From the NCBI RefSeq assembly GCF_028641065.1, contig NC_073384.1, positions 56,482,001-56,546,000 of the forward strand: DNA of 64,000 bases, read 5' to 3'. Every line of letters begins with the position of its first letter. Position 1 is the stretch's first letter. This document shows positions 23,974-36,220 of the stretch, piece after piece. The notes beneath the pieces are model-generated. The model was not told the DNA's origin and did no database searches. It was given only the letters and a program-made list of their open reading frames with translations. Origin of the DNA: Leucoraja erinacea. Taxonomy: Eukaryota. Both the position numbers and the translations under genes were made by a program.

Positions 23974-25331
23974 AGGGGCTGTCCCACTTGGGCGACCTAA
24001 TTTAAAAAAATGACATGTTGAAGACCTTCTTCGACTATGTTGAAGACCAGCTACTACTAGCTACGACTAACTTCGGGAAAATTGGACTCCGAATAGTGGA
24101 GAGTGAAGACGACCTCCTTCGATCTCCTTCGACCTCCCTTCGACTATGTTGAAGACTACCTTCGACTACCCTCGATTACCTACGACTAACATGGTGACCT
24201 ACTACGACTAAACCTACGAGTAAAAAAAGTATCAATTTTTTTCCATGGTAATAATAATAATAAATTTTATTTTCGGGCGCCTTTCAAATCTCAAGGTCAC
24301 CTTATAAAGATTAAACAGAAGGAAAAAAAAACATGTAGTCGGAGAAAAATAAATAATAAGGACATCATCAATACACAAATTAAAGATAGAAATCGCTCCA
24401 AAGACACAAAATCAAAAAATCAAAAAAAACACAATGTGAAGAGAGAGCAGCGGCAGCTAAAGCGCGCCAGCGTCCACTCTCTCTTCCGACAGCCATCTTG
24501 GACACAGACTAACAAAGTACCTTACACACAGAAAAATCATCCCCCCACAGTGGAAGGCACAAAAGTCCAGTCCCCAACCCAAGTTCTCCCAAAAGTCAGG
24601 CCTTTTAACGCCACCGCTGTTGCCTCAACGGAGACCCGATGTTCCTGGCCGTTCTAGCCGGGTGGTCTTGCCCCGGCGTCGGGAGAGTCCTCACAGCGGC
24701 TGGGCCACCTGGAACGGCCGCTTCCTAGCAGGGGATTGTCGGCTTCCGAAGCCGACAAGGGCGCACCGAGTTGGAGCTCCCAGGCTCCCGATGTTAATGT
24801 CGGCGCCGCCCGCTCCGCTCCGCAGGCCCGCAGCCCGGAGGTGTTGCTCTTGGCAGTCCAGCTCACCGGAGCTCCAGCGCGGCGACATCCAGGCAAGGCA
24901 TCGCCCGCTCCGAGATGGCGCTCCAGCGCTGTGCCGCCACCGAAGCCGAGGTGCTGGGCGGTCCCCACCAGGAAACGGCGCTCCAAGGTTACCTCCTTCC
25001 CCCCACAATAAGAAGTCCATTCTCCGAAAAAATGACGAACAAAACTAACTCAAAACTGAAAAAAAAATGAATTAAACGGACGGCTGCTGGTTAGCAGCCG
25101 TTCCCCAAGATGGCTCCTCCTATGACCATTTTTTACTCGCGGGCATTTTTTTAACATATTGAAAAAAACGCCGCGACCTAGCTGAGGCCTCGAGTACGCG
25201 GAGACCACTCTCGAGCATAAAGGAGAGTTACGAAGACCTTCTTTGACCCCGTGTTGACCATGCTGCGAGTATGAGTCGAGGGCAAACTCACCAGAACTTG
25301 CGGATTAGGTCGCCCAAGTGGGACAGGCCCT
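23974..25331. mobile_element. PIF/Harbinger-type MITE carrying a nested insertion
   Basis: 27-bp TIRs AGGGGCTGTCCCACTTGGGCGACCTAA / TTAGGTCGCCCAAGTGGGACAGGCCCT, related to the 9402 MITE; flanks TGA/TTA (degenerate TWA TSD); internal CGACTA/CGACCT repeats. Confidence 0.85.
24249..25120 (-). mobile_element. GC-rich non-autonomous retroposon with L2-like tail
   Basis: Minus strand ends ..gtgaccttgagatttgaaaggcgcccgaaAATAAAatt(TAT)4; GC/CpG-rich body; no RT ORF. Confidence 0.65.
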
Positions 25332-27741
25332 TTATTCCCAGGATGGTGGGACTGTAGTGTGCTGAGAGAATGGAGTGGCTGGGCTTGTACACTCTGGAAT
25401 TTAGAAGGATGAGAGGGCATCTTATTGAAACATATAAGATTATTAATGTTTGGACACGCCAGAGGCAGGAAACTTGTTCCCGATGTTGGGGGAGTCCAGA
25501 ACCAGGGGCCACGGTTTAAGAATAAGGGGTAAGGCATTTAGAACAGAGATGACGAAGAGAGACACTTTTTCACACAGAGAGTTGTGAATTCTCTACCTCA
25601 GAGGGCGGTGGAGGCCGGTTCTCTGGATACTTTCAAGAGAGAGCTAGATAGGGCTCTTAAAGATAGATGAGTCAGGGGACATGGGGAGAAGGCAGGAATG
25701 GGGTACTGATTGTGGATGATCAGCCATGATCCTATTGTCTATTGCAAACCAGACCTGATGAGGTTTCTCTCACCTCTAACTTGTTCTCTCGCCTCTTTTT
25801 CCCATTGCTACAACCATTTGTAATGTTAGTTGCGTATTCCACAGGTTATGTCACTTTTTTTCCCTATTCACTCTGTGCAGAAGCTACAATTCATTGCAAA
25901 ACATTCTTACCATAAAATTATTTTACAGAACAACAAAACTGCAGGATTTTTGAACTCCCTTCAACTTGGCACCAAGTAATCATTAATTCATCTATCTGTT
26001 TCAGTTTGGGTGGAATCTCCAAAATGTGGGGCTTGGTCTTTTTGTTTTTGCCAAGTAAAACTAAATTCAGCTGTGTAAACCTTCAACGCAAAGAAGCTCA
26101 CTTATTGTCTTTTCCTTGTACCTGTGCCTAGGAATATTCTCTTAAAGATATTAACAAATATACATCGTTGTAATTGTTTAGATTGCTGAGGAATTGACCT
26201 TATTGCTGAAGTTGCATGCACACATGTCAAAAACTATTGTCAGCTACATTTTGTGTAGTTCAGTTCTTTGCTTTTTAACCTCTTGTCGAGAAGATGTTAG
26301 CTATCTAAGCTGGTGTGTTCTTTTGCTCTTTCAAATCTAGGTATGTTTCCACCATGCACTTGCTATATCCTCTTCTATTCTGCCTGTCACTCCTGTGATG
26401 TATTTGTTCTGCCACCTCTACTGTTCCAAAAAGGAGCTTTGGCAACCATGATTTTAAAATTGGACGTTGTTTAGAATTTCACGTTGCTTTGACTTGCTGT
26501 TGAAACCACATCCTAAGTTCCATGAGCAGCGTGGAAAAAAATGAACCTGGATTTAATTTTTGATTGATGCAGATATTTTGCTTAAAAGTAGCAAATGCTG
26601 CTGAAGACACAACTTTAGTCAAGCTGTGATGACCCTCGCAGTCAAATAGTCATTGCCGTTCATCTCTGGGGTCTCATGCGAAGGGTAAGCACATAGATAA
26701 GTTGTTAGGCAGATACCGATGCTTGTAAGTGTGTATCCCGTGAGCTGCAGCACCAAGCCAAGTAAACTGGGAACAGAGACTTGTAGTCTTGCTGGTGATT
26801 CCATGTTGCTTAGCGATAATTTAAAAAAAGGGTTTGAGTTGTATTTCTAATAGTTAAGAAAGAACGTATTCTTGTTATAAAAGCATACTGTTTTCCTGAG
26901 TAATTGTAATCCTTCAATGTATCACATGATTAATTTTCAATGAAAAATAAAAAGTAAATGCAAATAGGGTAGATTTTATTCTTGGTTCCTCTGTGTGACT
27001 GCTACGCAACCCAAGAACGGTCTCGGCCATGAACAATGGTTTCCGCAGGACCATCTGGGATGATCATTCATGTTCATGTGTCAGTGCAGGGATAGTCAGT
27101 CATGTTTGAATAGTTTGCTCCTGCAGAAGCAAACTATTGGACAGTAGGCAATAGAAATTGATCAGTAAATGGAGCCATGATTGAATGGTGGAGTGGCCTA
27201 ATTCTGTTCCTATGTCATTGATATTATGAAAGTAATTTGTGTTTTGTGTAACCGGGCAAATTATTTTTGGGTGCCTGACATGCAGGTGTATAGTTGCCTC
27301 TCTTGGTGTCAACATGTGTTCAGATGCATCTTGTTGTGTGGTATGTTGCCATTTATTGGAAGATTTAAGTAGAAGAGATGACTTGCTCGAGTTATATAAG
27401 GTTCTCTGATTACACAGTACCCAGGTGGAAATATTTTGTTTCATCTCTAACCTATGGATGAATATTCTCGTGATCGAGCAAATGTTACAAAGATCCACCG
27501 GACTGATTCTTGATTTGTTGCATTCAGAGATACAGCAGACTGGGTCTGTACTCTCTTGATCTCAGTGAAATGTACAGAATAAATCTGGTACTTGACAGGG
27601 TTGATGGGAGGATAATGCTTCCCCCAGCTGGGGTGTCTAGAGTTGCAGATGTAGCCCAGCCCATCACATAACCCAGACTCCCCACCATATACCATCGGCA
27701 CCATACTGCCTCGGAAAAGCAGCCAACATAATCAAAGGTGA

Positions 27742-27860
27742 TACAAGGAACTGCAGATGCTAGTTTACAAAATAAGACACACCTTGTGAGTAACTCAGCG
27801 AGTCAGGGTGCATCTCTGGAGACGGGTACAGGTGACGTTTCGGGTCAGGAGCCTTCTTCA
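27742..27860 (-). mobile_element. Penelope terminal-repeat single-arm insertion
   Basis: tacaaggaactgcagatgct...ggtgacgtttcgggtcaggagccttcttca; cataatcaaa present on both sides (27727-27736, 27859-27868). Confidence 0.8.
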
Positions 27861-27967
27861 TAATCAAATATTTATCCCACCCTTGTCATTCCTTCTTCTT
27901 CTTGCTCCCGTTGGGTAGAAGATACAGAAGCTTGAAAGTCTGTACCACCAGACTCAGGAGCAGCTTG

Positions 27968-28255
27968 TGTAGGAAGGAACTGCAATGCTGGTTTAAACCG
28001 AAGATAGACACAGAAAGCTGGAGTAACTCAGCAGGACAGGCAGCAACTCTGGAGAAAAGGAATGGGTGACGTTTCAGATTGAGACCCTTCTTGAGAAGAA
28101 TGGTCTCGACCCGAAACGTGACAGATTCCTTTTCTCCAGAGATGCTGCCTGTCCTGCCTTCTGCTCAAGAAGGGTCTCAATCCGTAACATCACCTATTCC
28201 TTTTCTCCCGAGATGCTGCCTGTCCCACTGAGTTACTCTAGCTTTTTGCGTCTAT
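27968..28255. mobile_element. Penelope terminal-repeat insertion: one inverted arm plus two tandem arms
   Basis: Minus arm to ~28090, plus arms from ~28095 and ~28167; flanked by CTCAGGAGCAGCTTG (27953-27967) and CTCAAGAACAGCTTG (28256-28270). Confidence 0.85.
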
Positions 28256-28956
28256 CTCAAGAACAGCTTGTTCCCCTCTGTTATCAGGCTTCTGAACAAT
28301 CCTTTCATAGATCTGGGTACTGTCCAATTCACCATTATGGACTTTGTACTTTGTCTGTGGAAATGGTGCATTACAATGCATTACAGTGCATTGCATACAA
28401 TTACCTTCTCCTTTGCTCTACATATTGTACTTGAGTTTGGCTTGATAGTATTTATGTATAGTTATATCTGATTTGATTGAATAGCATACAAAAACAAAAT
28501 TTTGCACAGTACCTCTGCACACGTGACGATAATAAATCTAAAACCTGGGTCATGGACTCAATATAATGCGTTTCCCCTTCAGGATGCAGAAAGGAAGATA
28601 TTTACTCACTGGGAGATTGGTGAATATTTTGAATTCTCTAGGATTATGGAGGATCAGTCATTGGATATGTACAAAAGCAAGATCATGTGCTAGCCTGCAG
28701 TGCAACACCAGTTTCACATGCCTTTCTTGACGTGGAAGAATTTTTGCCTCAACCAAACCCACGTGAGGTGCACGCAATCGTTAAAAAATCAAGTGCTGCT
28801 TGTCCATTATTCATATTTTTTTATTCAAAGTGCATATTTGTTTCTGATTTACATTGTAAATTTTGAACATGTCGTATAAAAAAGAGCTGTTTAATCAAAC
28901 TCTATTCAGCACGCAAAAACATCTTTAAATCAGGCATCAAATATTTAACAGACTGG

Positions 28957-29046
28957 AAGGTACACAAAAATGCTGGAGAAACTCAGTGGGTGCAGCAGCA
29001 TCTATGGAGTGAAGGAGATGGGCAACGTTTCGGGCCAAAACCCTTC
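28957..29046 (-). mobile_element. Penelope terminal-repeat fragment (subfamily of the 47870-49350 copy) with 12-bp TSD
   Basis: Reverse complement of 49227-49318; TTAACAGACTGG at 28945-28956 and 29047-29058. Confidence 0.85.
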
Positions 29047-29211
29047 TTAACAGACTGGTATCCCTGTGTTGGAATATGTGGCACGGTGTTTCTAGACACA
29101 CTACTTTATACAGTTAGTCATCACCATTAACCTGTAGTCTTCATAATGCCCATCCCCAAACGCCCTAATTGCTTCTCCATTGCCATGGCTTTGTCAGTAG
29201 GAAAATTGGAG

Positions 29212-29445
29212 ACATAAACATAGAAACATAGAAATTAGGTGCAGGAGTAGGCCATTCGGCCCTTCGAGCCTGCACCGCCATTCAATATGATCATGGCTGA
29301 TCATCCAACTCAGTATCCCGTACCTGCCTTCTCTCCATACCCCCTGATCCCCTTAGCCACAAGGGCCACATCTAACTCCCTCTTAAATATAGCCAATGAA
29401 CTGGCCTCAATTACCCTCTGTGGCAGAGAGTTCCAGACTTTCACA
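29212..29445 (-). mobile_element. Young CR1 3' terminus with (TTTCTATG)n tail
   Basis: Near-identical reverse complement of 60790-61013; acatagaaacatagaaa tail. Confidence 0.92.
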
Positions 29446-31569
29446 GAGACCAAGCGGGAAATGGAAAGATCACTGAGCCTCAGCACGGGTGACTATGTTA
29501 TGTTGAGGAATAGTATTTTCACTAACCTCCCTCCCAATAAACTATGGTTTTGTAAAACAATTGGCAAATCTGAGACTTCAGCTGAAGATTTTGCTTGAAG
29601 ATTTGTTCAGTGGAACATCTGGTCATGTTACAGTTTATTTCCAAACATGTGCAGCCAGTTTCCCTGTTACATGATTTGTGTCCCTTGATGTCAGAGACAC
29701 ACTTTTTGGTTTGTGTACTGTGAAATAAATTAGTGCAAATTTTATATGATTCATCGAGGCCCAAAACATTTCATGACAAACAAAGGAGTTTAAATTGCAG
29801 TGCAACAATAAACTGGGATTGGAAGCTGAGACACTGAGATTTTTTAGCATAGCATGCTTTTTCTGGGAAATATCAAATAAAAATACATTTCACTCCGAGG
29901 AAATGTTATATACAGTTCCTCCGAAGAAATAGCAAAGATTGTGATTCTTTGGTCAAATGTCAAGAATTGTTATTCAAGTGTCAAGAATCAGTTCTACATT
30001 CTGCTGCTTGTTGCCGTGTGCCCAATTAGAGGTGTTAAGATGCATTTGAACACTGCAAGTTTAAATGTACTGCTAATTTCATTCGCACTTTGGTTGTCTG
30101 GCATGCATGTTGTTTGATTTTTACATCGCGTTAGGATCATTTATCTTGCTAAGTGTAACTGAGTTAAGCGATGCATAAGACAATTTCAAACCTCTTCAGG
30201 GAAATGCATGTGTTGCATGGTTTATGAGGTCTACTGGTGATGTTGAACAAACAAAAACAATTTATTTATTTGGGCTAAATGTGGCCAAATTGTCCGATGT
30301 ACTTCACAAGGGATGAATGGGACGAGTAGTGCAAATAAGGAAATGCCGAGACAAGTGAAAGAAACGGGATTATTGGCTGCACTTTCATTGTAAAATTTGT
30401 AAGGTTGGAGAAAGAAAATTGTATATCTGGAATTTAATTTGTACCTTAGGTAAAAGAAATTCAGGAGGAATATATATTTGTTGCATGAATAATATAGAAT
30501 GATTAATTTGCTCGTTTATTTTTTTTTCATGTTTCTCTCTTTCAATTTCTTCACAATCCCACTTTTTCACACTTGTCCTGTTTGATTCTCTCATTTATTC
30601 TGTTCAATCTCTGTCCCTCTGTCCCTAGCATTTCTCTCCCACTGCACCTCTCTCCTCTCAGTGTTTTCGAGTGATTATTTATGATATCATCATCCCAATC
30701 ACTGATATCTTCAAGTTGCAGTGTTTCATGTTTTAAAAGCATAGCTGGAGGGGATTTTCGAATTGCTTTTGTGGGTCATGACCTGACGTACCTGCACTTG
30801 TTCTTTGTTTTTCACTTGTCATGGATAAAAGTATCAGGAAATATTGCCTGGCAAGATTCAATGCTTATTACATTTCAAGCTTTTAAGTTGAGATGGCATA
30901 TATAATAATGGCATTTTCTATTAAACAAGAACTGATTGGACCATGTTTTCTTCATTTTGAAGCACAAAAACTGCAAGCTTCATTGCACGCCAGCGGTTCG
31001 CTTTTCTTAGCCCTCCTGATCAATCCTTAAAGCAATGTTTAAAGCTCCCTTTAACTTATAAATTGTGTTATTAACCATAATCATGTTTTGTAACCATTTT
31101 ATCCTTCTAGTTAACTAGTTTCTTTCTGTATCTTGAGGAACTGTTGGTTTAGGCTACTACTTGTTTTTATTGTCAGAAGTTTGTGGACTGTTCTTTGCCT
31201 GTTAGCCTATAGGTTTATTTGTGTAAATGTGATAACGGGGGCTTCAATATTTCCCGTGATCTATTCCCAGTTCTGACTTTGTGATAACATCCTTGAAGCA
31301 TCTCCATCTTGGAATGGAGCTGATGGGAGGCAGAACTACAAAAGCACTTTTGGAAAAATTTCATTAACAATGATTGATAAAAGTCCATCCTTGGACGCTT
31401 GCACTAAATGTGCAGCATAGCAGTATTTGTGTGCTGTTTATTTCCAAAAATTATGTTTGACATTTGGTTCCGTTTGGAACTGAAATTGGAAATACCCCTT
31501 ATGTGCTTAGTAAATAGTGTCATGGGGGTGAAAATTGAATTGGCCCTGAAGTAAACCTGCAACCATTTC

Positions 31570-31810
31570 TCTGTGGTGTTTGCATGTTCTCCCTGTGACC
31601 GTGTGGGTTTCCTCTGGGTGCTCTGATTTCCTCTCGTATCCCAAAAACTTGGGTGGATTACCACTGTAAATTGCTCCTGGAGTGAAGGTGAGTATTAGAA
31701 TCTGGACAAGTTGTTGCGAATGTGGGTTGAACAAAACGGATTTGCGCAAATAGGTGCTTGATGGCTATTACAGATTGGGTGGGATGGAACGTTTTTCAGG
31801 CTGTATTCAT
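31570..31810 (+). mobile_element. HE1/V-SINE-like fragment, old
   Basis: tgtggtgtttgcatgttctccctgtgaccgtgtgggtttcctctgggtgctctgatttcctc core. Confidence 0.7.
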
Positions 31811-32184
31811 TCTTTGAATCAAACCTTTGCTGCAAAGAAAACCATGTAATGGGACAGATAGAAATATAGTTCCAGTGCTTTGACATTAATGGATGCAATG
31901 GAACCTCTATGCAACATCTTATGATATCCCATCATCAACACTGTTTTGTGCAAGTCATATTTAGTAAAATTATATCTCATCTATTTTTTTCCAAGCATGT
32001 CATTACCCATTTAAGATTTAGCTGGAAATGAACCAGATTTGAATATGTGCTGGAATGAATTACTGTATATTTTACCACAGTTCCTGCCAATGAAAGAATG
32101 CATTCTTTTGGGATTGGTTTTCTAAATTTTCCTAAATTAAATTTCTGTGTCATAGCTTTTATGAGACCTTTACAATAGGATTTA

Positions 32185-32285
32185 CATGGAACTGCAGAAG
32201 CTGGAATAACTTGGTGGATCAGGCAGCATTTGTGGAGGGAATGGATCTGTGACATTTCGGGTCGGGACCCTTCTTCAGACTGATT
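32185..32285 (-). mobile_element. Penelope terminal-repeat single arm with hammerhead core
   Basis: Reverse complement reads CAGTCTGAAGAAGGGTCCCGACCCGAAATGTC. Confidence 0.75.
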
Positions 32286-33449
32286 CTGAATACTTTGTGT
32301 TTTGCATTTTATTTGTATGATGGAACAGCAGAAAGTGTTCAGATACATTTGAGTCAGTTGTCAAGGTGGAAGGGACGTCTGCTGATTGATGAGGAAAAAT
32401 GATTCTCATTTCTCTACCTGTACCTGAGAATCAAAGATTTGATTTTCAGTAATAAAGTATGAAAATATTCTTTCATGTCTAAAATTAAGGTGGCAAGTGT
32501 AACATACAAAAACAAGTTGTCTTTCTTGTCGTGTGGTAAAATAGTTGCACAGATCCATATTTTTGTGTTCTTACCAATGTGATTATTATGCAAAATTCTC
32601 TTTTGGAGTAAGCATTTAAAAAAATCTCTTGTGTGTCTGAAAACTGAATATCTTTATTGTGTGTTTAAGCATTGTCTCCCAACTGAAACTAATGGTAATG
32701 AATTCCTTGTCTAGTTTATGCAATTGGCTAGACGTAACTAATTAAATACATGAAGTAGTTATGATGCAGGTTTTAGGCTGGGAAATTTCTCCTACTGAAC
32801 AGGTTTGATGAATAATTGTAGAACTTAATGTTGACCCTTGAACTGGACTATTTGATGAGCATGTAAGAATAAGATATGTGGGAGATATCTAGATCCGCAT
32901 ATAAACTGCATTATGAATCTTATTCAGTAACGTTCATCATTTCTGTTGGTATGATGGTGGCTATTTTAAGCTTTACTTCCCGTTTACTTTCAACCTGGTC
33001 AGTGATGTAAGTAGTTTTATATAAACAATTGCTTGTTGGGATTACATACTACATTATTAAAAAACTATGATGACCTATCAGTGTAAAACCATCTAAGAAT
33101 AGGGTTGATGCACTTGATTTAAGTCAGAGGAAATTTAAAACCAAGAGAATCTGAGTGAAAATAGTGTGTTCTTGTTTAACAGTTTGAAAGCCAGGGAATC
33201 GTTTAACTATTCACGAAAGGAAATGCAGGTTTAGTGCTGGTTCATTAAGGTAATAAAACTTATGTTATTTGTGTACAAAAATTAAATTTATATCTCCAAG
33301 TCTTCTGCATTCACTTACTAAGCTCAGGCTATTAAGAGGTACATTATTGTTTGCTATCTGGGGTGGGTGATGTCAATCAGTGAGTAGCCATGTTGTGTAA
33401 GATGTAATCATACTCTTCCTTCAGTACTGCCAACCCTGCGTTATGGCCA

Positions 33450-33670
33450 AAGATAGACACAAAAAGCTGGAGTAACTCAACAGGACAGGCAGCATCTCTG
33501 GAGAGAAGGAATGGGTGACATTTCGGGTCGAGACCCTTCTGCGTTATGGCCATTTTGAATACGGGAATGCCTGAAGAAGAGTCTCGACCAGAAACATCAT
33601 CCATTCCTTCTCTCCAGAGATGCTGCCTGTCCCGCTGACTTACTCCAGCTTTTTGCATCTATCTTCGGAT
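33450..33670. mobile_element. Two opposed Penelope terminal-repeat arms, each with its own TSD
   Basis: Minus arm 33450-33538 flanked by CTGCGTTATGGCCA (33436-33449, 33539-33552); plus arm 33569-33670 flanked by TACGGGAAT (33560-33568, 33671-33679). Confidence 0.85.
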
Positions 33671-35679
33671 TACGGGAATCATCCAGAGATCACAAAACAC
33701 TACCCAAAAATTTGAGATACAGAATAAAATACAGATAATACGGCTTTGTGTAATGGATTGTTTTCTTGGGAAGCTAACCACCTGTAATGTGAAGGCCACT
33801 TTTATTGTAATTCAGCAGCTGCTAGTACACAATTGGCCTACGAAGTTGTGATGTTGAAATGTTTTTATACTTTATCCCTTATTCCTGAATGCAGAGTTTG
33901 TTTCTGGACAAGCCCTCCATTGATTCTGTTAACTTGGTCAAGTTTAAAACGTTGTATCTGAGCCTATGTAAAAATGTTGGTAGATAATTAACATTCCTGA
34001 TATATTTTAAATCCGATTTCATCAGTTAAACTATAATGTTTTGTGGATGTATAAAAATTACAGGTAGAAGGCAGCCTGGTCCTTTGAACCTGCCCCACAA
34101 CATGTTGGCAAGGTCATCATGGCTGCCGTTATCCTCACCAGTGTTTCCCATTGATTTATCATCAGTTATTTTTGATCTTGTCAGTGCTGCAAAAACAAGA
34201 AAAAAAAATCTGGCACCATTATGAGTAAAAATATTTGTTAAAGTCTCCTTGTGAGTCCCTCCAGGGAATCGCATCTAATCCAGAAGATAACACAGCATCA
34301 CTTCGATGAGCTCCAATCTCTGCCTGAAGTCAAGAACCAGACCAGTTTTATCTCACAGGTGGATGGAGCATGTTTGCAATGCAGTAATTGGCAATTACTT
34401 CCAGAGACTCAATATTCCATCAAGAAAGAAAAAAAACACTTAATAGTGAGTTTTTACAGCTCTTTCATAGACAGATAAAGGACATTTGGTGTACATTTGT
34501 ATGATTTTAAAAATCCATTCTGATAAGGCACTTACTGTACAAGAGTGGTGGCGGACCGGGGAAGGTGATAAGATTGTTGGTGATTCATAATAAAAGTTAA
34601 TAGTGACAGAAAGCTGCTTGAACTGGTGCATGATACTCCTTGGTGACTAACCTGTGGAGCCTCATTTGCTTATTTATGCAGATTGAAGTGTTATATGGTA
34701 AATGAAGTGTGAACAGTGAATCCCATGGAATAATTAGCCTTTCTCACGTTTAGCTAGTAACCTCTTAAAACTGTCCATGTCATTTTCTGTGTATTTTGCA
34801 CCTGGTAGTGAGTTTCATGTTCCTGCTATTCTTCGTGTTCATCCTATCAATCACCTTTGTAATTTTAAAGATATTACTAGATCATCCTTTCATCTCTCTT
34901 CCAATAAAAGGAGATTAGGTTGCACAGCCTTTCCAGGGAATCACTTTTGGTCTTTTTGCAGTGCCTCTAATCCTTTTAATATTAATATAGAACGAAAGGG
35001 TTGAATGGTGAAGTGATTAGATGACTAGATAAGCAGCAAGAGGTCTGGACCATGGATCCAAAGATGTGATTCTTCCAGAGTCAGAAAAATAATACCAGTT
35101 TCTAATTCCAGATTCATTTAATGAATCCCTAGATAAATTGGGGTGTTTAAATTCAAGTAACTAAATGATGCTGGAATTAGAAGCTAATATTATTTTGCTG
35201 ACTTTGAAACTACTTTTGCAAAAATCCCATCTGATTTACTAATTCCCTTTTGGGGAGGCAACTCTACTGACCTTGGCCAGTATATGACCCCAAATTCGCC
35301 AATGTGGTTACCTTCCCAGTTCACAGGCAAAATGGTCAATGCAGAATTATTAACAATGACCACATCTGAGAAAAGAAACTGGAAAAAGCTATCTCCTCCA
35401 TTTTGGGTACAGTGTCATCAGGATTCAATGCATTTATAAAACCAAATGTTTGTTAGTCCATTCCTCAAGAGATTTGTGCCTTTTTCCAATTAGATCATAG
35501 TCATTTTTTTCTATTAAAATGTTATGTTTTACGTAATGCCGTTGCTATTCATTTTTCAATCACATGTCTATTCAGCAAGTTCATTAATGGCTCCTTTACA
35601 TAAGTTCGCTAGCATGAAAAACCACAGTCTGATTCTGTCCACCTTTGGTTCCTGAATTAAACTGGTACAGTATAAATTA

Positions 35680-36220
35680 TGTGTAAGAAGGAACTGCAGA
35701 TGCTGGTTTAAACCAAAGTTAGACATAAAAAGCTGGAGAAACGAAGCGGGACAAGCAGCATCTCTGGAGAGAAGGAATGGGTGTTGTTTCGGGTCCAGGC
35801 GCTTCTTCAGATTTGCTCAGTAGCCATCGGGTTATTTATTCTGCTCAGGCAGGGTGTTTACCTTAGTTGCAAAGCCTTAAGGAGGTACAAGGAAGAACAG
35901 ATGCTGGTTTACAAAAAATGACACAAAGTGATGGAGTAAGTCAGCAGATCATGCAGCATTTCTGGAGAACATAGATAGTTGATGTTTTGGTCGGGACCAT
36001 TCTTCTCCAGACTTATTTAGTAACTAACCTACAAACAACCTTTTTTCCTTCCTTCCCCTCATCTGTATCCAGGTATCAGTCACCAGTCCTTGTCCTGCCC
36101 CTCCTCTTTATTCCAGTTTATCCACCCCCCACCCCGACCAGAATCTCTGAAGAAGGGTCACAAACCAAAACATCACCTATCCATGTTTCCCAGAGAATTT
36201 GTGTCTTTCTTTTGTTATAA
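35680..36220. mobile_element. Cluster of Penelope terminal-repeat arms (minus 35680-35811, minus 35885-36013, plus ~36040-36220)
   Basis: Each matches the terminal repeat; minus arms end at cttcttcaga / tcttctccagact. Confidence 0.8.

Larger units (their letters stand above)
23755..25735 (+). mobile_element. CR1 3' fragment split by a MITE (CR1 parts 23755-23973 and 25332-25735)
   Basis: gtaagtatgcaggtacagcaggcagtgaagaaagc...aggttcacaaggt | ttcccaggatgg...gatcagccatgat are collinear with the CR1 copies at 1-570 and 60497-61013. Confidence 0.9.
27640..28545 (+). mobile_element. Rex1-type LINE 3' end interrupted by Penelope-derived insertions
   Basis: tagcccagcccatcac...tgcctcggaaaagcagccaacataatcaa...ctcccgttgggtagaagatacagaagcttgaaa...accaccagactcagg...ttcccctctgttatcaggcttctgaa...gacgataataaa. 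Confidence 0.75.

Noticed and set aside
24020-24225. Repeat-spacer-like pattern (CGACTATGTTGAAGAC) as a CRISPR array
   Set aside because: Irregular short repeats without unique spacers inside a MITE; eukaryotic context, no cas genes.
24436-25048. Several overlapping 70-140 aa Arg/Pro/Ala-rich ORFs
   Set aside because: Stop-poor GC-rich retroposon body; open on both strands with no domain.
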